Positions 37,372 to 50,100 of a stretch of DNA of 64,000 bases are shown in pieces. Position 1 is the stretch's first letter; each line of letters starts with the position of its first letter. The DNA comes from Scyliorhinus canicula (Eukaryota): contig NC_052156.1 in NCBI RefSeq assembly GCF_902713615.1, positions 6,003,913-6,067,912 on the forward strand, written 5' to 3'. A program made the position numbers and the translations under genes. The notes beneath the pieces were generated by a model. The model did no database searches and was not told the DNA's origin. It saw nothing but the letters and a program-made list of their open reading frames with translations.

Positions 37372-38525
37372 CCTCTTTTTATTCTTACCCTCCTTTCTCC
37401 ACTGCCTTACTTTCTCGACACATGCTCCATCTCCAGCTGATTTCAGTGAAGTGTCACTGTGCCGGAATGTTAAACTCAGTTCTCTCTCCATAGATGCTGC
37501 CCCACCTGTTGAGTGTTTGTGGCGTTATCAGTATTTATTTCACGCTGCTCACGCCCTCCCTTGGGAGTAGGTCCAAGAGGCTGTGGTCTGTCCAATGAAG
37601 TGCTAACTCTCTTGGCTCACACCTGATGCATAACTTTTCAGGCGAAGTGCAGGAGACTGACCTATCTGGAAATAGGAGTTTAAATTCAATTCATTGATAC
37701 ATTTGGAATAAAATGCTGATTTCGAACATACAAACATATGAATCAGCAGTAGGCCACTCGGCCCCTTGAGCCTGTTCTACCATTTAATAAGATCATGGCT
37801 GATCTGATTGTGGCCTCAACTCCACATTCCGCCTACTCCCTGAATCGATCTAATTCTGTCCTAGAAATACTCAACGACCCTGCTTCCACTGCTCGCCAGA
37901 GAAGAGAGTCCCAAAGACTCACCACCCTCCAGGAGAACAATATTCTTCTCATCTCCGTCTTAAATGAGATTATCTCATTAATAACGATCATGGAATATCA
38001 GATGAAATATCCTATTTGGTCCATGAATGACTGCTAGGGCAGGATATCTTCCATCCTTACCCAGTCTGGCCTACATTTGACGCCAGATGTGCAGTAATAA
38101 TAATAATCTTTATTATTGTCACAAGTAGGCTTACATTGACACTGCAATGAAGTTACTGTGAAAAACCCCTAGTCGTCACATTCCGGCGCCTGTTCGGGTA
38201 CACAGAGGGAGAATTCAGAATGTCCAATTCACCTAACAGCACATCTTTGGACTGTGGGAGGAAACCAGAGCACCCGGAGGAAACCCACGCAGACACGGGG
38301 AGAACGTGCAGATTCCGCACAGACAGTGACCCAAGCCGGAATCGAACCTGGGACCCTGGACCTGTGAAGCAACAGTGCTAACCACTGTGCTACTGTGCCG
38401 CCCTTTTGTAGTTGACTCTTAATTGTCCTCTGAAAACATTCAGCAAGCCACTCAGTTGTATCAGACAGTACAGCAAAAAGCCTACAATATATTTACTGTG
38501 CCTTTCTTGGCCTCTGGACATTTCA

Positions 38526-39400
38526 AAGAACAAAGAAAACTACAGCACAGGAACAGGCCCTTCGGCCCTCCAAGCCCATGCCGACCATGCTGCCCGTCTA
38601 AACTAAAATCTTCGACACTTCCGAGGTCCGTATCCCTCAATTCCCATCCTATTCATGTATTTGTCAAGATAGCTCTTAAACGTCACTACCGTCCCTGCTT
38701 CCACCACCTCCTCCGGCAGCGAGTTCCAGGCACCCTCTGTGTAAAAAAACTTACCTCGTACATCTCCTCTAAATCTCGTCCCTCACACCTTAAACCTATG
38801 CCCCTAGTAACTGACCTCTCTACCCTGGGAAAAAGTCTCTGACTATCCACTCTGTCTATGCCCCTCATATTTTGTAGACCTCTATCAGGTCGCCCTTCAA
38901 CCTCCGTCATTCCAGTGAGAACAAACCGAGTTTATTCAATCGCTCCTCATAGCTAAGGCCCTCCATACCAGGCAACATCCTGGTAAATCTCTTCTGCACC
39001 CTCTCTAAAGCCTCCAAATCCTTCTGGTAGTGTGGCGACCAGAATTGAACACTATACTCCAAGTGTGGCCGAATTAAGGTTCTATACAGCTGCAACATGA
39101 CTTGACAATTTTTATACTCAATGCCACGGCCAATGAAGGCAAGCATGCCGTATGCCTTCTTGACTACCTTCTCCACCTGTGTTGCCCCTTTCAGTGACCT
39201 GTGGACCTGTACACCTAGATCTCTCGGACTGTCAATACTCTTGAGGGTTCTACCATTCACTGTATATTCCCTACCTGTATTAGAACTTCCAAAATGCATC
39301 ACCTCACATTTGTCCGAATTAAACTCCATCTGCTACCTCGCCGCCCAAGTCTCCAAATGATCTAAATCCTGCTGTATCCTCTGACAGTCCTCATCGTTTT
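38526..39400 (-). mobile_element. CR1 3' fragment (same family as 52900-55272)
   Basis: MEFNSDKCEVMHFG...LYRTLIRPHLEYSVQFWSPH, with the same 3' tail. Confidence 0.92.
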
Positions 39401-40297
39401 CCAGGATCATTACTACCACAAAACCCAATAAAGTTGAGATTATTCTCTGTTGGTTATTCTTTTTGTCTACTATGTACGTATTGTGCACGTTCCCTCGGCC
39501 ACAGAAAAATACTTTTCACTGTACTTCGGTACATGTGACAATAAATCAAATCAAATCAAATCGACTGAGGAAACATGGCAGCTAATTTGCATGCAGCATG
39601 GTCCCAAAAACTGCAATGTCATAATGACCAGTTATTGGAGCTGATTTTGTGGTAGTAATGACAGTGAGGCTGTCAGTGTTTACCAGAACTACTCTATTAA
39701 TGGTTTGCCAATTTATAATAACTGCTGCATAGCCTCGTGACCCTGGAAAACTAATTGGATAATTTGTTGAATGTCGACTGTCTTCATTATAAGAAATTCA
39801 ACACTGTTTTAAAAAGGTTTGTTTAGCATCTTGCCACAATCCTATGTGAATGTCCGATTCATTTATTTTGCCAACATGTAAAAATGAAAAATTACAGTGC
39901 TAAGAGTTGTGTAGCTTTTACTTCCAGGTTTGCGTTTTGTGAGAATGCTTCAATGTGATTGGTTAATGGCATACCCTGGTTAATGACATCACTGATGCTG
40001 GTCACTGGAGAGCCCCTTCTCTTGGCATCAGAAACAAACTGCTGGTGGTAAGAAATTGCTTTGTGGGCAACTTTCATTGAGGTCGTCATCAGAAAAACAT
40101 ACCTTCTCATTATTCTCATGCACGCGTGGCAATTTAGATGGGGATTTGTGTGTGGCCTCAGCGGTGGCTTTCAGGTTCCAGTGCTGTCAGGCAGCTCAGA
40201 GGGAACATTTGTGGTGAACTTCATGGCTGCAAAGCCAACCCCAGTCTATTTCAATAACGCTGCTGATTGAGTGATGAATATTGGCCAGGACACAATT

Positions 40298-40636
40298 GGG
40301 CAGCACGGTAGCACAGTGGTTAGCACAGTTGCTTCACAAGGTCCCAGGTTCGATTCCCGGCTGGGGCACTGTCTTTGCGGAGTCTGCACGTTCTCCCCGT
40401 GTCTGCGTGGGTTTCCTCCGGGTGTTCCGGTTTCCTCCCACAGTCCAAAGATGTGCGGGTTAAGTGGATTGGCCATGCTAAATTGCCCTTAGTGTCCAAA
40501 AAATATTAAGTGGGGGTTACTGAGTTAGGGGATAGGGTAGATGCGTGGGCTTCAGTACGATGCTCTTTGTAAGGGCCGGTGCAGACTCGAGGGGCCGAAT
40601 GGCCTCCTTCTGCACTGTAAATTCTATGATCTATGA
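40298..40636 (+). mobile_element. HE1-type V-SINE with CR1 tail (also 12083-12404 +, 31661-31990 -, 57990-58325 -)
   Basis: tRNA head with A/B boxes, V-domain TTCTCCCCGTGTCTGCGTGGGTTTCCTCCGGGTG, and tail GAATGGCCTCCTTCTGCACTGTAAATTCTATG. Confidence 0.9.
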
Positions 40637-43600
40637 TACCAGGAAAACTCCTCTGCTCTTCCTTAAATAGTGCCATGGGATCTTTATCCTACATTACAAC
40701 AATGCCCAGACTTCTGAAGTGCTGCATTGGCTGGAAAGCACTTTGGGACATTCTGAGGTTGTGAGAGATCCTTTCCGAATGCAAATGATACATAGAGTTC
40801 TGATAAAAGATCACAGACATGAAACGTTAACTCTGTTTTTTCTCTCCGAAGATTCTGCCAGACCTGCCGAGATTTCCAACGTTTTCCTTTAAATTTCCTA
40901 CATTTTCACTATTTTGCTTTGCTATACGAATTACTTTCCTTCAAATTCAGATACTCTGCCCCATTATAGACCATAAGACATAGGAGCACAAAGAGGCCAT
41001 TCGGTCCATTACATCTGCTCCACCATTCAGTCAGACCATGACTGATTTGATATGATAATCCTCAACTCCACTTTTCCAATTACCTCCTTGATTCCCTTCC
41101 TGATTACAAATCGGTCCATCTAAACCTTGACCATGCTGAATGACCCAGCCTCTCCGGCCTCTAAAAAGATTCCACAGATTCACTATCCTCTGAGAGAAGA
41201 AATTCCTCCCCATTTCTGTCTTAAATGTGCAACCCCTTACTCTGAGGTTATGCCCTCTGGTCCTAGCTCTCCCTCTTCGCACTGACCCTGTCAAGCCCCC
41301 TGAGAATTAATAATTTTGCCTCATTCTTCTAAACTCCAATGAGTCCAGGCCCAATCACTCTAACCTCTCCTCATAAGAAAATCCCTCCATACTCGGGATC
41401 ATCCTAGTGAACGTTCTCTGGACTGCCTCCAATGCCAGTATATCGCCCCCCGGTAAGGGGACCAAAACTGTTCACATTCTTTTTTTTTTTTAATTTAGAG
41501 TACCCAATTATTTTTTTCCAATTAAGGGGCAATTTAGCGTGGCCAATCCACCTACCCTGCACATTTTTGGGTTCTGGGGGCGAAACCCACGCAAACACGG
41601 GGAGAATATGCAAACTCCACACGGACAGTGACCCAGGGCCGGGATCGAACCTGGGACCTCGGCGCCGTGAGGCTGCAATGCTAACCACTGCGCCACCGTG
41701 CTGCCCTTTGTTCATATTCTATTGGTCTAGGTACTTGCCATTCTCCAGTAACTCGCACAAGTAGCCACTCATTGTGTGCAACTGCAGACAGCAAATGCCA
41801 GCCGGGCCTCTGGCATTTAAGAGGAACGTAACTTTACTGAAAAGTTTATTCAGCCAAGTTTCAGGAGTGACTTATTTGTTTTGTGTCTCTGTAAAGCAGA
41901 AAATGAAAACGAAGATAGAACAATGAATTAATTGTAGTTTCATGAGATTACTGTACAAGCTGGACAATAGGCTTCTGTTTTCTTTCTCTTCCCTCCACGG
42001 TGTCAGAGAATGGAATACTTTCTATTTCCAGTCCAGTCTATCAAGATCAGGTACAGCACAGCCAGATTTAAAGAAAACTTTCCTCTACTTTGCATCAGCA
42101 GTCTGTCTCAGCCTCAGAACTAACCTCAGCAATGCAACAATTTTCTATCACCCACCCGCAAGTTCTTACGTCTATCAGGGATCAATCAGTGCTGAACTAG
42201 GGGCAGCTTTGTGCTGCAGGATCCTTGCCCATTAGGAACATATTGAGACTGGCCAAACTCATTTTACATGCAAACCTTCCAGCCAGCAGTAACAGGAGAT
42301 CCTCATTTCATTGGTCTAGGTTAGGTTTAAAATCAGGTCCCAGAGGTATAGGCATGCATCTAACACATCTAATTCCTCCCACAATAGCTATTTAATCCAT
42401 GACTGTACGAGGCTGTGCTCCAAAGACTGTTGCTGGTTTAACCCATTTGTTAGTAGCTATAGGTTTTTGCCTCCTCACAATCTCTGTAGCTTCCTCCATG
42501 AAATGAAATGAAATCGCTTACTGTCACGAGTAGGCTTCAATGAAGTTACTGTAAAGAGCCCCTAGTCACCACATTCCGGCGCCTGTCCGGGGAGGCTGGC
42601 AAATCTCAGAGATCCCTGCCGTCGACCAATTCTGGCCTAAGCATCCTCGATTCCCTTAATCCCACCATTTGTGCCCATGCCCTTCAGTTGTCAAGACCCA
42701 GGCAAAAGCTCTGGAATTCATTCCCTAAACATATGATCTCTCTCACTTCCTCCAAGGCACCTCTTAAAACCAACTAATCTGTCCTAATATCTCCCATCCT
42801 GCTTCAATGTCAACATTTTTAACAATGCGTTTAAGGGATGTGGGCGTCGCTGGTTAGGCCAGCATTTACTGCCCATTCCTAATTGTCTTTCATAAGGTGG
42901 TGGGTGAGCTGCCTTCTTCAACCGTTGCAGTCTTTGAGGTGTAGGTACACCCACTGTCCTGTTAGGGAGGGAGTTCCAGGATTTTGCCCCAGCGACAGTG
43001 AAAGAACGGCGATATATTTCCAAGTCAGGGTGGTGAGTGACTTGGAGCCCTTGATGCCCTTGTCCTTCTAGATGGCAGTGGTCGTGGGTTTGGAAGGTGT
43101 TGTCGAAGCAACCTTGGTGAGTTACTGCAGTGCATCTTGTAGATGGTACACACGGCTGCCACTGTTCATTGGTGGTGGAAAGTTTGAATGTTTGTCTAAG
43201 GGGTAGCAAACAAGCGGGGCTGCTTTGTCCTTGATGGTGTCGATCTTCTTGAGTGTTGTTGGAGCTGCACTCATCCAGGCAAGTGGAGAGTATTCCATCA
43301 CACACCTTTTTTCAAAATACATTTAGCGTACCCAATTCATTTTTTCCAATTAAGGGGCAATGTGGTGTGGCCAATCCACCTACCCTGCACATCTTTGGGT
43401 TGTGGGGGCAAAACCCACGCAGACACGGGGAGAATGTGTAAACTCCACACGGACCGTGACCAAGAGCCGGGATCGAACCTGGGACCTTAGCGCTATGAAA
43501 CAGCAGTGCTAACCACTGCACCACCATGCTTCCCCTTCCATTACAGTCCTGACTTGTGCTTCTAGATGGTGAACAGGCTTTGGGGGGTCAGGAGGTGAGT

Positions 43601-43877
43601 TACTCGTAGAATTCCTGGTCTTTGACCTGCCCTGGCAGCCACAGTATTAATGTGGCTAGTCCAGTTCAGTTTCTGATCAACAGTAACCCCATTGAAGTTG
43701 ATTTGTCTGATAAAACTCCCTTTGGGACATTTTACTATGCTAAAGACACCATTTAAATACAAACTGTTGCTAACAGATCAGATTAAATATATCAATTTCC
43801 ACTGCATTTTGAGTCTGTTTTTAGAAATTGCCTCTTCCTCTTCCCTTTTAAAATGGATAATGAGAGCCAGAAATAAG

Positions 43878-44589
43878 GGGCGGGATTCTCTGATCCTGAG
43901 GCTAAGTGTTGTCGCCGTCGGAAATGCCGTCGCGTTGCTCGACGGCGTCAACGTGGCCTCAGGATCAGCAATTCTGGCCCCGACAGGGGGCCAGCACGGC
44001 ACTGGAGGGGCCCACGCCGCTCCAGCTGCTGATCCTGGCGTCAACTGAGTACCGCGGGGTCCGCGCATGCGCAGTGGCACCGGCGTCAACGCACGCATGC
44101 GCAGTGGCACCGGCGTCAACGCACGCATGCGCAGTGGCTCCGGCATCAACGCACGCATGCGCAGTGGCTCCGGCGTCAACGCACGCATGCGCAGTGGCTC
44201 CGGCGTCAACGCACGCATGTGCAGTGGCTCCAGCGTCAACGCACGCATGCGCAGTGGCTCCAGCGTCAACGCACGCATGCGCAGTGGCTCCAGCGTCAAC
44301 GCACGCATGCGCAGTGGCTCCGGCGTCAACGCACGCATGCGCAGTGGCTCCCTTCTCCTCAGTGGCTCCAAAGCAACATGGCGCAGGGCTACAGGGGCCG
44401 ACGCGGAAGAAAGGAGGCCCCCAGCCCGAGAGGCCGGCCCGCCGAACGATGGGCCCTGTTCGCGGGCCAGGCCACAATGGAGGCCCCCTCCCCGCCCGGG
44501 GTGATCCCCCCTACGTCCCCACAGGCCGCCCCCGGACCCTTCCACGCCGAGGTCCCGCCGGTTGAGAGTAGATTTGAACGGCGCCGGCT
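43878..44589. mobile_element. Truncated Harbinger MITE containing a 30-bp VNTR
   Basis: Left TIR GGGCGGGATTCTC; no right TIR seen. Confidence 0.75.
44061..44350. repeat. 30-bp tandem repeat (~9.7 copies)
   Basis: Unit gcacgcatgcgcagtggctccggcgtcaac. Confidence 0.95.
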
Positions 44590-44669
44590 ATTGGCATATA
44601 TTAGGCTACACCAATGGAAAATAGGTGTGTGGGGAAGAAAATGGGAAACACAGTGATTCTTTTTAATTA

Positions 44670-45243
44670 CAGTCAAAGCCCGTTGATCACGGGAATCAGT
44701 TTCCGTGAAATCAAAAGAAGGGGATAACCATGAACTTGCGCATGCCAGAGATGGTGCATGTGCAGAGTGCGCTTTCTACATGGGAAATGCAAGACGGTCT
44801 AACATGAGGGTCGAAATCGTACATGAGAAAAGTTTTGGGGCTGCAACCTGTGATTTGGCGTAAATACACATTCATACAAGTAGGGTGGCAGAGTAGCACA
44901 GTGGTTAGCACTGTTGCTTCACAGCACCAGGGTCCCAATTTAGATTCCCGGCTTGGGCCACTGTCTGCGTGGAATCTGCACGTTCACCCCGTGTCTGCGT
45001 GGGTTTCCTCCGGGTGCTCCGGTTTCCTCCCACAAGTCCCAAAAGACGTGCTGTTAGGTGAATTGGACATTCTGAATTCTCCCTCTGTGTACCCGAACAG
45101 GCGCCGGAATGTGGCGACTAGGGGCTTTTCACAGTAACTTCATTGCAGTGTTAATGTACGCTTAATTGTGACAATAAAGGTATTAAAAGTATTATTAAAC
45201 AAATTCACGATAGATGGGAGTTCCAAATGACTGGAGTTGACCG
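44670..45243. mobile_element. Possible old pogo/Tigger-like MITE interrupted by a SINE
   Basis: Termini TA-CAGTCAA ... TTGACCG-TA. Confidence 0.35.
44883..45197 (+). mobile_element. HE1-head SINE with a third tail type (also 38096-38403 -; tail pieces at ~17915-17990 and ~18520-18655)
   Basis: V-SINE head joined to CCGAACAGGCGCCGGAATGTGGCGACTAGGGGCTTTTCACAGTAACTTC...GTGACAATAAA(TTA)n. Confidence 0.85.
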
Positions 45244-47234
45244 TACTTTGATGTTAAAATTGTATTCAAATGTTTATTTTAGCAGTTTTGGGCCGAAACA
45301 ATATTTGATCTATTGGAGATATCTAAGCAGATTATGTGCAGTATGTGACTAAAAAAGTTTCTAGAAATATTTTTCCCTCAAAGGGTTAAGACGCTTTGGC
45401 ATTTTTTTGGGGCCAGAGACACATTAATCAGTTATTTATTGTAAAATGTTGGTCTGAAATGGTTTTAATTAGGAATACTTCCAGGAAACTAACATCCGGT
45501 GCCATTTAACCACAAGGTTTTTACAACGACAGAAAAGCCTTTGAAGAGGAAGTTCAGTTGTTGCATTTTGAAAATACCCTGAATAAAAATGTATGTAGCG
45601 TAGGGGGTAACATATTTGGTGACACAGAGAAAAGAAGCAAAAAAAATAATAGATGCCCCTTCCCCACAAACCAAGACAGAGGCACCACTGGCCCCACACG
45701 GGGATTTGAACTGTACTTGACACTTATACTGACTGTCATGATTTGACTGACATACGCTTTTGCCAGTAAGCATAAAGAGAATTTCTACAGCTTCTTTCAC
45801 AACCTCAGGATATTTCTAAACACTTTACAGTCGAAGTGGAGTTCACTGTTGTAATGTTGGAAACATGACAGCCTATTTGTGTATAGCAAGCTCCCACAAA
45901 CAGCAATGAGATAAATTATTTAATAATCCTTTGAGTGAGGAAGATAAATATTGGCTGGGACATTGGGTGTGATCTCCACTGTTCTTCGAAATAGAAATGA
46001 GAGAAATCGACAATATGTTTGGTACCTAAGGACATTAAAGAATGTAGAACCAAAGCAGTTAGATCGCGTTGAGGTACAGATCAAGCACAATCTAAATGAA
46101 AATAAAATAAAATGAAAATCGCTTATTGTCACAAATGAAGTTACTGTGAAAAGCCCCAAGTCGCCACATTCCGGCGCCTGTTGGGGAGGCTGGTATGGGA
46201 ATTGAACCATGCTGCCTGCCTTGTTCTACAAGTCCGCTGTTTAGCCCACTGTGCTAAACCAGCCCCTAAATGAATGGCAGAACAGCCTACAGGGGCTGAA
46301 TGGCCTTTCCTGTTCTTATGTTGCAATTTTCCTTACATCTTTCCAACACCAGGGATGGTAGCAGAGTGATTAGTCGAGAGATTCCCATCAACTATCCTCT
46401 CCTGAACAGGTTTCTAGTTTGCAGCACAGTTTAGAAGACTCCGGGGACTAGCAGTAGGAAAGAGGAGCCATCGCTGTACTGCATATCTCAAAATTAATTT
46501 GTAGCTGTTAACATTCCAGACCAGACCCCAACATTTGTTAGGATCCCCGACAAGACCCCCAGATACTTTTTTTTGAAATTTGTAAAACTATGAGGAAGGG
46601 ATACTTCGTTCCAGGAATGGTTCCGCTGACAAATAGGGATGTGTTGTATGAAAACAAACTTTATTATAAACACAGAGTTAAACTACATTAACATCACAGA
46701 AAATGGTTTTTCAATTAACAATTAAACAATTCTTAACAATAAAAGGAAACACTAACTTCTAACTGATACTTTCTCTATCTCCAATCAAGCAAAACCCATC
46801 ACAGGTCAAAAGCCACTTGTAAATAAAGTTTGCAAACACAGGGATATTTGCTGTACGCTTGAATAGAGATTTATTGGAAATACTGCTTGAAGAGAGATTT
46901 GCGAGGGTCATGTTGCATGACATTTAGAAGAGGGATGAAGGGTGCTTGAGAGGATTTAGGAGACTGACAGACTAGGCAGTGCAAGATTTAGGAGAGTTGG
47001 TCAAAAATGTAGATCTCAGGGAGGCTTTTGGTATTTTAGAAGGAAATAGTCTTTTTCTGTCCAAGGTGGCCTTTAACAGGACCAGACAGGACATGATTGA
47101 TGGTCCTTCAGGCTGCCTGCCCATCTTCTACAGCTATTTTGTGGCCTTCTGTCCCTGAAGTAGGGGGCACAACAGTATGTTTGCGGATTTCCAATGACCA
47201 GCTTTTAAAACATTTTTCAGCATGTGCAGTAGTC

Positions 47235-47833
47235 CGTCATGTGAGAGTACCTTTAAGAAATGAGTGTTTATAAATGGGTGTGTATATAAATATCAGTCAT
47301 GTGAGAGTGCCTTTAAGAAATGGGTGTTTACTACTGCAGTGATGTCAGAGAGTGGGTGGAGCTGGACAGTCTGTCAGCTTTTTACTTTCATTTTCATTTT
47401 TGAGCAGGCTGCAGGGTGTGTTTTGGTTTCGTTTTCAGAGCTGGATAGCTGCAGTCACAGCCAGAAGGTGTATGAATCTCTCTCTGTAATCTAAAGACTG
47501 CAAATCGATCCTGGTGATTTAAAACTAATAACAGTAGTGACTTTAACCTGATGTGCTTCTGGTAAAAGGTGTTTTAAGTCGTATGGATGTTAAAAGGAAA
47601 GCTTAAAGGATTACTTAGTGTTGTATTCTTTGGGGGTTGTATTTGAATTAATGGTTGCTAAGATGTTCATTGTATGTTTTAAAAAGGTTAACTTGAGTTC
47701 ATAATAAACATTGTTTTGCTTTTAAAAAATACTTTTCCATTTCTGCTGTACCACACCTGTAGAGCGGGCCCTGTGCTCCCCATACCACAATCTATTAAAG
47801 CTGTGGGTCAGGGGAACTCCATGATACACTTGG
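47235..47833 (+). mobile_element. Truncated LTR-like repeat
   Basis: Starts (T)GTCATGTGAGAG with an internal tandem duplication, has AATAAA at ~47703, and has an LTR-like composition. Confidence 0.55.
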
Positions 47834-49919
47834 CCTTGGTCAGTGCGGAAATGGTTGAGGAGTACCCAATATTGGGTAAAGCCGAGTGGGTGGGCTGTGG
47901 GGCCTGTGATGAGGAAGTGGTTTTTTTAATGGTGGATGTGTTGGTGCCATTCCTGCTGCCACAGGGCCTCTACTGTTATTCCTTAGCAAGGTGATCTCAG
48001 ACATACAGGCTGGCGCGATGGGAAACGAACAGTCAGTGGATTGGTAAAGTCCTTGTGTAGTGGCAAGCTTAGGTTAATGTAATCCATGATCAGTGGGTAC
48101 TGCAGTGCATCATGGATGCACAAAACAAGATTTTAATTTTGTTCGATATACAATCAGGAGTTATTGTTTGGGAATTTTTTTTCATGTCAGGGTAGATCGA
48201 GCACAGTGCTGGCAGCCGTAACCAGATATCAATTTCGACTGGATTGGCCAATTAGTTTAATTAATTAGGGGGCGGCACAGTGGCGCAGTGGTTAGCACCA
48301 CTGCCTCACTGCGCTGAGGACCCAGGTTCGATACCGGCCTTGGGTCACTGTCTGTGTGGAGTTTGCACATTCTCCCTGTGTCTGCGTGGGTTTCGCCCCC
48401 ACAACCCAAAGATGTGCAGGGTAGGTGGGTTGGCCAGGCTGAATTGCCCCTTAATTGGAAAAAAAAATAATCGGGTACTCTAAATTTAAAAAAAAATAAT
48501 TAGTCCAATTAAGGACAGATTAAGGACAGAATAAGGACAGATTAAGGACAGATTAAGGATACTGGGTGGGCTCCTAAGGCTGGAGCATCAATATGAGGTC
48601 CTCATTGGCAGCCCCAGCGTGAGGTAGGAGCTGCTGTCACCTGCACACAGAGTGAGTGAAAGAGCATGAGAGAGAGAGGGAGAGCGCGAGATGCACCTGA
48701 CACGTGGTCAGAAGGCCATAGTGGGTGTGTGCAGAGCTCACTAGTACAATGAAGCAGGACTCCTCCTCCTGTCTGGAGGCTGCCATGTTTAACAGGCCAT
48801 ATTTTGGCCGCTATGTGGGACATCCCTGTTGACTGGAAACAGCAGGGGAGAGAGGGTTATTTGGCCCCTACGTAGTCTCAATTGGCCATCTGCTGCTTGC
48901 CGATAGGTAGCAGTTCCATCACCCACCTGCCTTCTTGAAATTGATTTGGGGACAGTATGGTGCCGATCAGCTAACCCGCTTGCCGGCTGGGCAAGGTTAT
49001 GTGTCTGCCTACCTCAGTTCTAGCTCCCATTATCTTCTGAAATCCTGCCCCAGCTCACTTGCACTGGAAACAGTTCAGAGAAGGTTCACTAGGCCGCCCC
49101 TGGGATTGAAAGTGTTGTGTTCTGAGGAAAGGTTGAGTAGGTTGGGCCTGTACTCATTGGAGTTTAGGAGACGGGGAAGTGAGTGATCTTGCAGACGCTC
49201 TGAAACAGCTGGGTACATGCTGAGAGAATGCTGACACCCATGGGGGAATCTAGAATTTGGGACATAGATTAAAAATAAGGGGTCTCCTATTAAAGATGGA
49301 GATGAGGAGAAATTTCTTCTCTCAGAGGATCATTAATGTTTAGAATTCTCTTCCACATGTAGCAGTGGAGGCTGGGTCCCTGAATATATAATTTTATATA
49401 CATGCATTGAACACAAATACATGACAAGGAGTCACGGCTTGTGGGTGTTCAGCAGGAAAGTGGAGTTAAGGCCACAATAAGGTCAGCCATCACCTTGCTG
49501 AATGACAGCGCAGGCTCAGGAGGCCAAATGGTCAATCCCTGCTCCTACATTTTGTCATTTATGACAGTTAACAGTTAATCAGCTGTAAGGGGATACCTAA
49601 CTAGGTGTTAATTGTTGCGGCTGACTGTTAACTGACTCGCTATAACTAGGGCACTAAGTTTTTTTTTTACAGAGGAAACATTCCATTTACTGAAACAAAA
49701 TCAAAGAACTGAGCCTCTACGAATCACAGCAGAACAGAACTCACGACCAGAACTATAGCAGAGTTTCCCGATAAAAGCTGCATTATTTCTCCAGTGCAGA
49801 TATAAGCAGAGGACACAGCACCTTAATATAAATTATGTGCATAAAATCAATCCCAATTTACAACTTCAGTCTCCAGGTCTGACTGATGGGAGAAATTACC
49901 TAATCATAACTATATACGG

Positions 49920-50100
49920 TCAAATAAAAGCAAAATACTGCAGATGCTGAAAATCTGAAATATAAACAGAAAATGCTGGATAAACTCAGCAGGTGTGGCG
50001 GCGTTGAGAGAAGCAGAGTTAGTGTTTCGAGTCCATATGACCCTTCTACAGAAGGTGAGTTCTATAGAAGGGTCATATGGACTCGAAGCGTTAACTCCTA
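49920..50100. mobile_element. Penelope-like element remnant with an inverted terminal duplication
   Basis: AAATGCTGGATAAACTCAGCAGG motif and inverted arms TTCGAGTCCATATGACCCTTCTA / TAGAAGGGTCATATGGACTCGAA; related pieces at ~37440-37530, 40797-40920 and 59490-59600. Confidence 0.55.

Noticed and set aside
40298-40370. tRNA genes suggested by A/B boxes
   Set aside because: These are SINE heads that run on into V-domains and LINE-like tails, and no complete cloverleaf is evident.
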